The notes beneath the pieces were generated by a model, which worked only from the letters and a program-made list of their open reading frames with translations, was not told where the DNA came from and searched no databases. 64,000 nucleotides of DNA from assembly GCF_000143415.4 (NCBI RefSeq), contig NW_003314320.1, forward strand, positions 62,001 to 126,000. Reading direction: 5' to 3'. Position 1 is the first letter of the stretch; every line of letters begins with the position of its first letter. This stretch comes from Selaginella moellendorffii. Taxonomy: Eukaryota; Plantae; Lycopodiophyta. Shown in pieces: positions 45,140 through 56,200 of the stretch. The translations under genes and the position numbers were made by a program.

Positions 45140-46355
45140 GCATATGCATGTTGAGTATTGAAACATGTTCTGATTGCAGAGGAAGATTTGAGCGTACTGT
45201 CACAAGATCCCCAATCAACATAATGGCGTCACTTATTGAATCGAAGCAAATAAAAGATACGCACCTGAATAACGGATACGAAACGATGCAAGCTTGGAGC
45301 ACTATGACTGACAATCTTGTTGTATCTGGGTCAGAAAGCACAAAGAAAAGTGTGTTGAACATATCACAATATTTCACAATGGAGATGACAAACTCACAGT
45401 GTATCAATCTCGATTTGGCAGGTTGAAAGTCGGCGTGTAGTCATGACCAAAGCCTTCCAAAGTGATGCCTTATTCAAGAATTCCTGTCGTACCTCTACAG
45501 GAAGCAACCATTGTTGGAAGTGCAACAACAATCTTGGGGAACGCCCTTGCTCTCTGTGATTGAAAATACATCAACCTGCGCTTGTGGACCATCTCTAAAG
45601 TGGGAGTCTTGCTATTCCTGTTTGCTTCATGTCTGTAAAGCTGATATAAATTCCTAGATGAGCCTGTAAAAGATTGTAAAAGCAAAGACAGACCTTGCTG
45701 GTCACACCAAACATCCTCAAAAGTCCAGCAGGGCCAAGTCTTCCTGGCACCCACCCTTTCTCGCTTTCACCAATCACATAATCAATCTCGAGTTGCTTAA
45801 AAGCAGACGAAAAAATCAAGGTAAGCCTTGACGTGGTTCTTCATTTTCCTAAAAACTCCATTTTCCCGCCGAAGATCACTGAATCGTGTTGAGGCCGAGA
45901 TCGGCCGAGCTGCTGCTCTTGATCTGATCCATTGAGCGACCAATCTTCAGGGAGCATATGGCGCTACCATTCATCGTCCACGATGTCCAGCGGCATCCCC
46001 AGGCCAAGCCCTACCGAAGAACAGTGAGGGAGATCTCGCTCTCGGGCTCTCAATTTGATCACGCCAATGTTTCTGTATCAGTGTCTTCTTGCTGGAAAAT
46101 GTACCACATCAGCTACAAGCGCCCGGGAATTCTACGGGGCTCTGGAGCGCGGCGAGATCACCACGGTCCTCGAGGAGGTACCGATCGAGTTATGGAGCTC
46201 CTTGAGTGTAAATTTCCAGGAGAATGTAAGGCGCTGCTCGATTGAGCTCCACCGCGCGGCTAGTAGCGCGAGCGGCACGCCGCGCGTCCTCCGGCAGGAT
46301 CCCAGCAGGCAGATCCAGTTATTGAGGCGATCGGGATAGAGCACCGTCTCCACCA
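45140..46355. pseudogene. Condensed decayed copy of 7410-9720 (POLD1 5' exons and introns, intergenic spacer, COX5C, PPR 3' end), same orientation as the source
   Basis: Colinear matches including gactgacaatcttgttgtatctgg, cctctacaggaagcaaccattgttggaagtgcaacaac, gatcactgaatcgtgttgaggccgagatcgg and tgctggaaaatgtaccacatcagctacaagc. Confidence 0.9.
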
Positions 46356-46569
46356 CGGCAGCACCCCCTTTTAGGGTGGGCCCCATTTGCTTATGCCACC
46401 TCATTGCTTAGATGGGCATGCCACCTCATTATTATAAATTAAAGATTGTTCTAGTATATTATTTTAAATTATTTTTAAGTATTTAAATGTAAAAAATCAA
46501 ATATATTATTTATTTAACTATAAAAGCATTATCTTGATTGTATAGCTTAATATGACTGCATAGAATATT

Positions 46570-46892
46570 AAATGCAGCTTCCTTTCGTCAATATATATTT
46601 TTCGCCAAATATATATTGACGAAATCACCTCGTTGTAATGTGATAATACAAATATCACGACAAAAGTTGTACCAATTTGTTGCATATGCTCACTTTTAAT
46701 ACTACACTCAATGCAAACTTGATTTTGTAGCATTTTAATGCACCAACAATACATCACTCTCAGCATTTGAGCAAATGTGAGATTACTATTTGCAAACCAT
46801 GTATTAGTTCTAAGAGATCTTATGGTAGTGCAATTTTTATAATTCCACTTTAAACCATCTTTACAACCTTGATTATCAGATCGATATCTCAT
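46570..46892 (-). mobile_element. Merlin (IS1595/ISXO2-like) DNA transposase remnant
   Basis: DGLKW...C...RSLRTNTWFANSNLT...LRVMYCW; after a frameshift ATNWYNFCRDIC, then IYIDERK, resembling the DWYNFCREVC..VEIDESK signature. Confidence 0.65.
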
Positions 46893-46898
46893 TGGTCA

Positions 46899-47105
46899 AA
46901 AAAGTTGACTTTAATCCTTGACTTGGACGGCACATTGATTGCACCATCTTAGGTGTCCATGAAGATCAATTTTGTGGTAGAGTTTGATCCTCAAGAACAG
47001 CCCATCTTAGCTTTGCATCTGGATGATTTCCTCAACAAAAAGGTGGTGGTGTTCAGCCTAGGGAAAAGAGTGTATGTGGAGAAGATGTGAGAGAGATTAT
47101 GAACT
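46899..47105 (+). pseudogene. SCP/CTD small phosphatase (NIF/HAD) gene fragment
   Basis: KKLTLILDLDGTLI (DxDxT), a stop, LDDFLNK, a frameshift, then VVVFSLGKRVYVEK. Confidence 0.55.
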
Positions 47106-50100
47106 AGCTTTGTGTTAGCTAATGCCTTATCCATTTTAATATTTATTGATAAATCTTGTTATGGAGTGTTTGGTTTTTATGAATATTCTTTATAAAAGAG
47201 TTATATTTGAATTTTTTTCATATATTAAGTTTATCAGACATTTAAATTAAAGGAGTCATAACAAATTATGAGTTTGTCTTAACCAATCTAACAGGATCTT
47301 GAAATAATAATTATTGAGTTTTTCACTTTATTAAAATAAAAGAGGAAAAATAAAAAGTTAGAGGCTTCTTAAAGTGAAAAGTGTTAAAATTATTTGTATG
47401 CCTAAAAAGTGATAAAATTATCTCTTTAATTTTTTTTTATATTTTAAATTAAATTAAAATATATTTTATAGATCTTCTAAATTATTTAAAGAAAAAATTC
47501 CAATATATAATTTATCATAACATTCTTAATTAAGAAGAAATATTACTATTACATATCATTATAATGCATCTAATATATGACTATATCAGTTCAACTTTAT
47601 TTTAAAATAACTTTTTTCAAACTATATAAATTGTTTATGGTACTTAATGTATTTAATAAGAAACTTACATTCATATAAGTAAAAATATCCTCTACCTATG
47701 TATCAATTAAGTAGTATGTAGCATAAAATTTATGATTTTCTTCCAAACATTAATAACAAAATTAATGAATTGGCCATATTGTCAAAAAACCAAATTATAT
47801 AATAGATTTTAATGCCTTTATCATAGTGTTATGCACAAACTTCCATTAAATATTATTTTCTTCATATTGCATATATTAGCTATTAATAAAGTTACTAAAA
47901 GATGTTGTTTATCACTATTTGAAACAATAAATTAAAAGTAAATATGATCAAAATTATTCTCTTTCTCTTTAAAAGAAGCTAATATGAATTTATAGATGCA
48001 AAGCCATGGCAGGTTTGAAAGAGTTTTTGGCATAAGCATAGGTAATGCACCTCATTTTTTTTAAAGGCTAACATTAAAAATACACTTAATATTGCAATTT
48101 TTAAATAAAAATTATACTTCTTAAAAAAGTAGAAAATATTTTAACAATCAGAATAATATATGTGTTGTGAGGGCCAAATGTACGACTACGATGCTATATA
48201 TTAATATTAGTGTAGTGAGATTTTGGTAGCTGTCGGATTGGTTTTAATCCGAACTACTCACTCCTATATATAAACTAGGTTTTTTGGGCTAATTGATATG
48301 TATATTCTCTTTCCATATTCCAAACACTCACAGTGGTGAAGATGAGGGGCATCTTTCATTGTCCCTAAGGAGTGCTTGGATTTAGGATTTGGGTTTAGAT
48401 CCAGCTTTTTCCATTTCCTTTCTTTTGTTTTTTCTTTTCAAGATTTTGATTTAGATCTAGCTTTTTGTATTGTTTAGATGTCCATTTCTTTCTAGCTTTT
48501 TGTCATTTCTCTTCTTTTGCTCTTTCCTTTTTGTTCATCTTCATGGCACATCAGCAATCTCCTCCTTTGACTCTGGAGTAATAGTTAGTACAATTGTTTG
48601 CTACTATGTGCTTGCAATGGAACAACCAAACTCAGTTGATGGTGACATTCACGGCACGTGGTACAGTTCCTCTTGGTCTTGGTGCCAATCCTTGTATTTA
48701 GCTAAAGTTCTTTCGCGGGAATCCTGGGGATGATATGTACTATTGGTTTGATCATTTCATGGTGATTGCCACATATCATTCTTGGGATAATGCTTGATGT
48801 TTGCATGAGTTTTTCACGTGTTTCCAAGGGACAACATTGTAGTGGTACAATAGTTTGAGCGCAACCACTTATGAGGATTAGAGTGTTCTCCCAAACGTCT
48901 TCAAATGTGCATTCGGACGTTTCTAAAGTCTTTTGTTTCGTGCGGAGCCTAATATGTTGGAGCGGATCAAGCTAGGAATGTTATAGCTAGCACTTCGTCA
49001 AGATCTTGTCAGACTTACCCGTCCTTTAGCTCCACTTCCTATGGGTGATGGTCCTGTTTTAGTGGAGGTTGATACTGCTGTTGCTCGAGTTTAAGGACAA
49101 GGGCGAGGCTATGGTCATGGCCGTGATGTTTGGTGTTAAGCATGTGATAAAGTTGGTCATACTTATCGGCATTGTTAGCGTTGTCCAGATTGGCAACCAC
49201 CATTTCTTAGGTGGAGACCTTGACGTCAACAACGTCTTGTTGGTGCTGCTGTAGTGGAAGGTCTGGACACCGTGATGTATTTGGGAAACAAGGAGTCATG
49301 CAAGTAATGGAAGGACCTTGCATGAATAAGTCAATGACCCTTCCATATTTCTTTCGAGAGTATCATCAAGGGGTCCTCTCGGCACTGATTCATCCAGTGT
49401 TTACTTTCCAAGCTTGTTTTTATAACAAACAATCTCCTATTATTCTCTCTGTGGTGGTTGATACAGGTTTGGGTTTATCTTCTATTGCTTGACCTGTTGC
49501 CACATGTTGCCGTCTACACTTGCATCATGCAGCAAAACCAATTTTCATTTTTTATGGCAATGGCTGTACACATGCATGTGCACAGGATGAGGCAGACTTG
49601 ATTGTGCGTGTGGGCAATTTTGAGCTTGAGTTACAGTCATTGAGGGTGGTGCCAAGTTAGGCTTTTGACCTCATCCTTGGTATAGATTGGTTGCAACGCA
49701 ATGATGCCAAGTGTGATTTTAAGGCTTCTCCCCCTTGTCTCATACTTTCTTATGTTTCGTCAATTCCTCTCACTTCTGTATCTTTTCGTCCTTCTAATTC
49801 TACCTCTACTTCCATTACTTTTGTCCCCCCATTATTTCCTCCTATGTTTCCATCTTGTTTTGCTCTACCTTTTTCCAGTGTTGCAATAGTTGACCGGCTT
49901 ATAAAGGAGCATTCTGATCTCTTTGAATTTGACTTATTGTCTAGGGCCAAAATTGCCACACGTCATTCGATTCCAACTAGAGATGCTCGTCCAATCAAGG
50001 TTGTTGTTCGTCATCGGTCACCCAAAGATATCAAGATTTTATATGCAAACGTTAAGGAGATGTTGGAGAAGGGTGTTATTTGGAAGTCGTAGAGTCCTTG

Positions 50101-52684
50101 GGCATGTGAACTTCACCTTGTGACAAAGTCTGATGAGAGTGTTCGTTTCTGCATCAACTATCATCTGTTAAATGAAGTGACGATCCTAGATGTGTACCCT
50201 CTTCCCATTTGGTTTATATGAGTTTTTGGTAATGCCGTTTGATTTGAACAATGCTCCAACGACTTTCTAGCGAATGATAGACGAGGTTATTTGGAATATC
50301 CTGGAGGTAATTGTTGATTTCATTGATGATGTCTTGATCCACTCAGAGGGGACGTGGGAGTAGCATGTTCATGATGTTTGTAAAGTGTTGAATCGGCTAC
50401 AGGACGTTGGTTTAAAGCTGAAGTGATTAAAGTGCGTGTTTGGATCCAAGGACACAACTTATCTTGGGTATTGTATTTTTTGTGAGGGTTTGCAAGTTAA
50501 TCCTAACAAACTTATAACTGTTCTAAAGTTCTTTACTCCGAAGTGTGTGAATGATGTGTAGTGCTTCTTGGGCAAGATGCAATATCTTGGTCATTTTATG
50601 AATCATTTTTTTGATTGCATTGCACCATTGAGAACATTGCTGAAGTCATCAACGTCATCTTTCATATGGTCTCCGGATTGTGAGTAAGCGTTTGTGGATC
50701 TCAAAGAGCTGTTGACGACTCCTCCGATTTTGGCATATCTGGACTACACTCGACTTTTTATTTTGCGCTTGGATACCTATGATATTGGTCTTGGAGGTGT
50801 GTTATTGCAAGAGAGCCCGAGTGTGCTTGGTCAGTGCCATCCCATTGCGTATACAAGCCGTACATTACAACCAATGGAGGTGAATTATTCCATGACAAAG
50901 AAGGAGTGTTTAGCAGTAGTTTGGGGTTTCGAGAAACTTTATGTATATCTACATGGTTCTCATATGTTACTTGAAGGTGACCATGTTGCCGTTACTTCAT
51001 TATTGAAGTGAAAGAACCTAGTTGGTTGTACTACTCAATGGGCTTTGAAGCTTCAGATATATGATTTTGATATTGTTCATCACCCAGGGAGTTCTATGGC
51101 TGATGCTAATGCCCTTTCTCGAGCTCCTCTTCCTTCTCCACTATCTTCTCATGTTTCTGATGAGCCTATTGTTCTAGCATCTATGGATTTTCTAAATGAG
51201 GATTTTATGCCGTCGGCGGTTGTTGTACTTGATGTTCAATGTCCACAAGGCGCAAAACAAGATCTACTTTATCTTGATGAGGTTCGCGAGGCTTAAAAGA
51301 TTGAGCCGTGGATTTGAAGGCTTTGAGATGGGTTTGAAAATCTTGCATCACTTACTGATGATTTGCCATTTCAGCATTTACATTCTTAATATCGCCTTAA
51401 AGACAGCCTTTTTTATTTTGTGGGGACAGATCCTGATAATCATTTATGACTGGTGGTGAGTTTTGTCTTGATTCTGCGGTTTCTCCGTACCTACCATGAT
51501 TCTCCTATTCTAGGTGGGTATATGGGACATCGTCGTGTAATCGAGAAGCTACACAGATCTTTTTTTTGCCAAAGATATGATGGGATATTATCCGGTCTAT
51601 GCGTAGTTGCATTTGGTGCCAAGCTTGTAATACTCCCCCTTGTGCCCCGGAAGGACGATTGGAGTTAATTGCAGTTTCCTGTTTATTTGAGTTGGTGGCA
51701 TTTGATCTTATTGGACCTTTTCCACGGTCAACTATTGGCAATGAGTATGTTATAATTGTTTTTGATTACTTGACTCGTTGGGTGGAAGTTGGTGCTTTTG
51801 CTAGTGCCTTTGCAACTGCTGTTGAATACTTCCTCCTCAATTGAGTGGTGTTCTAACATTCTTGTCTAGAACGGATTCTTTCGGATAATGGTCCCGCATT
51901 TATGGTTGAGGCATTTCATGTTTTGACATCTCGGTTGGAGATATGCCACACTTTCACGAGTGCTTATCATCCACAATCAAATGGTTTGGTGGAATGGCTC
52001 ATTCAAACATTCAAAGGGATGATCGCGAAATATGTGAATTTCAGCATTTGAATTAGGATGGTTATTTGCTGTCTCTTCAGTATGAATATGTCACAAGGGT
52101 GTAGAGTTCTATTGATGCTTCACCATATAAACTCCTATATGGTCATAATCTAATATTACCACCAGAGCTGGGTTTACCTTCGTAATTTGTAAGATCAATA
52201 TTTGACAAACATTCTTCCACTTATTCGAGCTAAGTCTGTTGAACACTTAGGTTGTGTACAAGTGGGACAACAACAATGTTACAACTCCCATCATCATCCA
52301 CCTGTAGAGTACGAAGTGGATGACTTAATGCTAGTCCATTTTCCCCATCTTACGGTACGTGGATTATCTAAGGGGCTCCTTGCTCAGTGGAAAGGACCGT
52401 ATTGGGTGTTGCGGCAAATTGAACTACAAGTTTATGAGGTTCGGCATGTGTGAGACACAAAATCCCTAGGCCCCAAGGTGGAGCCGGAAAGGGTGCCATG
52501 TGGTAGTGGCTGAAGCGAAAGGCCAAACGAGTGTAACACATTTGGACTAAAAGCTTTGACTTGGAAGGTCGAGAGCGGGAGTGGAACTCCTAACAAAGTG
52601 CTCAAGGAGCAAGCACAAAGTGAGCAATAAGCAAGGCTCCAAAAATGGGCCCAAAAAGGACTAACACATGACACGTGGAAGTGT

Positions 52685-53250
52685 CCGAGATGGAGTCCGA
52701 GGCGGACCCTAGTTGAAGTCCGAGATGGACCCAAAGTGGAGTCCGATATGGAGTCCGAAGTGGAGTCCGAGATGGAGTCCGATATGGAGTCCGAGATGGA
52801 CCCAAAGTGGAGTCCGAGGTGGACCGAGACGGAGTCCGAGATGGACCCGAGATGGAGTCCGAGATGGAGTCCGAGATGGAGTCCAAGATGGACCCGAGAT
52901 GGACCCGAGATGGAGTCCGAGATGGAGTCCGAGATGGAGTCCGAGGTAGAGTTCGAGGTGGACCGAGACGGAGTCCGAGATAGACCTGAGATGGAGTCCA
53001 AGATGGACCGAGACGGAGTCCGAGATGGAGTTCGAGATGGAGTCCGAGATGGACCGAGACGGAGTCCGAGATGGAGTCCGAGATGGAGTCCGAGAAGGAC
53101 CCGAGATGGAGTCCGAGGTCGAGGTCGAGACCGGGACCGAGACTGAGACCGAGACCGAGACCGGGACCGAGACCGGGACCGAGACCAAGGCCAAGGCTGA
53201 GACCGAGCTCGAGCCCGGGTCCGAGTCCGAGTCCGAGTCCGAGTTCGAGT
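52685..53250. repeat. GAGATGGAGTCC / GAGACC / GAGTCC minisatellite in the 5' LTR
   Basis: Tandem 12-, 11- and 6-bp units. Confidence 0.95.
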
Positions 53251-56200
53251 CTGAGAGGGTGAAAGCCCAAAGCGTTCGTCTCCCAGACCCTGGGGGGTTT
53301 GGTGAACTCCAAAAGTATAGTAAGGGGGAGGACTGCAGTGGAGCCAGTTTGGCCAGGAAAGGCCAGTTTGGCCCAGGAAGGGCCAGACCCAGTGTTGGGT
53401 GATGAACTGACCACTGGGAAGTCCAAGACTAGAGTGAATATGGACCGACAAGCGGGGCAGCTTGGTGAAGTGTTCAAGAGCCGGCTCTAGTTCCCCCGGG
53501 AGATCGACTAGCCGATGCTCCCAGTCCAAGTGTGGGTGGCACTACCTACTTGGATACCAGGCGTGGCTCAACGGAACCTCGCTCTAAGCCCATGGCTAGA
53601 GCACCCAAAGGCGGAAGGCGGGGAGAGTACCCAGGTGGCTCGCGTAAGGCCACGGTGTTCTGAAGTGTTGTCCCCAAGTCCCAGACTATGAAAAGGAAAA
53701 GGAGCAGTCCTTTGGTGTGGTGGCCAAGGATATAGTCATGTGGTGAGGAAGTCCCAGAGGACCATAGGACTTAGTGGTCAGGCCTGTGGGCCTCGACCCA
53801 GTGGCAGTGTTGGCCAACATGGCCAAGGGCAAAAAGGGACCTAGTGGGGACTTACAGAGGGATATTGGGGAAAGCTGTTCCCCTTGTCGGTAGGCATCCT
53901 AACGAGGCTAAGGAGTGGATTTGGGATGACCACTCACAGATGGTTGGCCCAATCCTGGAGAGACGGGATTGTGATGCAAGTGGTATTGGACCACTAGTGC
54001 GGCAAAGGTGAATGGGCATGGCCTTAGCGTAACGGGCCGATATGTCAGTGGTACCTTTGGGTGTCGGTTTTGGGACCGGACATGTGGAGCACTTGGACTA
54101 AGTGCAAGGGATGAGTGGCATAGATGCCATCCTCGAGGCTAGCAAGTCCCAAGTCCTGAATTGGACTTCAGGAGGTTGTGAATGAGACTCCTCCAAGTGG
54201 TTAAAGGTGTGGTTAAGTGACTAAAGTAGAATGGAAAAATTAGTCGCTTACAACTTGGTATCGGAGCTGTTCCTTAGTCTAACTTTTATTGGTGCTCAAG
54301 TATATCACCATTGATGTTGGCATCGGAAGGTCTTAGGAGTAGGCTTATCCTTGAGGAGTAGCATGTCGAGAGGACATGGCTCTCCACTTAAGTTCATGCG
54401 TGAACTTCGGCACAATGTGGTGGATAGAAAAGGGCCAATAATGGAACGACTTTGGGATCTTGGGAACAGTATAAGGTTTCCTCAGAGAGCTGAGGATGTG
54501 ATCCAAATGAGTGTTTGACACAACAAACGGGCTAACGTAGTTGTGATAAACAACTATAGTTGGGATCACGGGAAAGATAAAGACTCCAAAGCAATAAAGG
54601 AGTCACAAGATTATCCTCATATAGTTGAGGTTGGTGCTCATGAATGTGAGACCAGAAGTAATGACTGTGGGAGGTCAAATACGGAAGAAGGCTCAAGTCC
54701 TTGAAATGGTAGCTGGGGCTACCTTTAATAAATGCTGGAACAACCCAAAGAGTTGGGGGGTGTACTTAGAGATGAGTTGGTACTCTCATCACATGGACAA
54801 GTAGTCCTAAGGGGCAAAGGTTGCCCCAGAGAACAAAATCAAGTGTCAGAGTAACACTTGTGAAAATAGTTCTTGTGAGTGAGGACATGAATGCAAGAAG
54901 TGTATTCCAGTGAGGTAGTGCCCGACAAGTAGGACCTTACGGGTCTGTAGATTAACCAAGTCCAAAACTGCTAGATGACTCAAGTAGAGTCAAGGGATGG
55001 TCCTAAAGGACTAATGGAAGCATTTGGACTAAGGTGTGTTGTACCCCACGAAGGATGGGGGGGACCATAGGATCCAAGGATGAGAACAAAGGGTATCTCA
55101 TCGATGGCAAAATGTGCCATACTAAAGTCGTGGGAAAGATGTTCCTAAAAAGAAAACAACTTTGATACAAAGTTGTGTGTGACCTCTATGGTGCAGTGCT
55201 AATGGATGGTTGGCATAAGAAAAAGCGGTATTGGTCTTGGCAAAGACTTAGACACAAAGAAGAAGTGTGATAGAGGTAGGCTCGTGGAGCCGATGATGTG
55301 GAGACACCAAAGGTGCCAAGGTGTGATACCTTGAGGCTATGTTGGTGGGTTCATGAGAACCCCTTGCCAAGGGAATCCCAATGGAAATGGGAATGGCATA
55401 GCCTAAGCTGCAGAGCATGCAATTGGAGTGTGGTGACCCAGATAATGGTGGAGGTGTGGAAGCACCAGCAATGAGTTGTAGGACTTGACAACTATGAGGT
55501 AACTAAGCAAGAGGTGCAAAATAATTGGTTAAACGGGTAGAAGGTAGGTACCCAAGCCTTTTTAATGGCATAGGGAAGTTGGATATACCCTTACGGGGGA
55601 TAAGTTGCTTATGTTGCGATATAGTAAGTCAATGTCATAAAAGGAAATACTCATTGTCAAGGAAGCCGTTATTGGGACACCCGAACACTCTAGAACACCA
55701 AGAGGTGGTGTTTGATGTCGCGAGGGCAATAAATAAGGCCCAAGGGACTAAGTCTCTAGCAAATGATGGATAGAAGGTGCTATCTAAATGTCCAAGGTGG
55801 CGGAGACAGGAGAAGACTGTCTACTCGAATTGGACAAAGCCAAAAATGGAATTTTGGCAAGGCTAGTGATGGGCATGTAAAGGCCCATAAGCAACAACAT
55901 AATCCCGGTGTGTGGGATTATAGGGTGAGCATACCTGGATTGAGGAACCACTCCCTAGGCTATCGGGTAGGTTCATCCCTAAGAATAATTGCTAAGGCAT
56001 GATAGAAAGTGCAAAGCTATCCTCCTAGTCGGGAGGAGAATGACCGAAGGAAAGGTGTGAAGCCAAAAGCAAGTAGTAAGGGGATAGAACCAAACCATAG
56101 GAATTGAAGGGCATAACCAAGGGTAGTTATGCCAGTTGGGAGTAGAGAATCAAGTGGGGGCTCGAGGGTGTTGTTGCTAGCAACCGTGATGCCATAGAGA

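Noticed and set aside
46360-46455. Helitron 3' end after the patchwork block
   Set aside because: The hairpin (cacccc...gggtg) lies too far from the next CTAG, and no matching 5' TC end was identified.
52685-53250. CRISPR-like appearance of the repeat array
   Set aside because: Contiguous tandem units with no unique spacers, no cas genes, and a eukaryotic LTR context.
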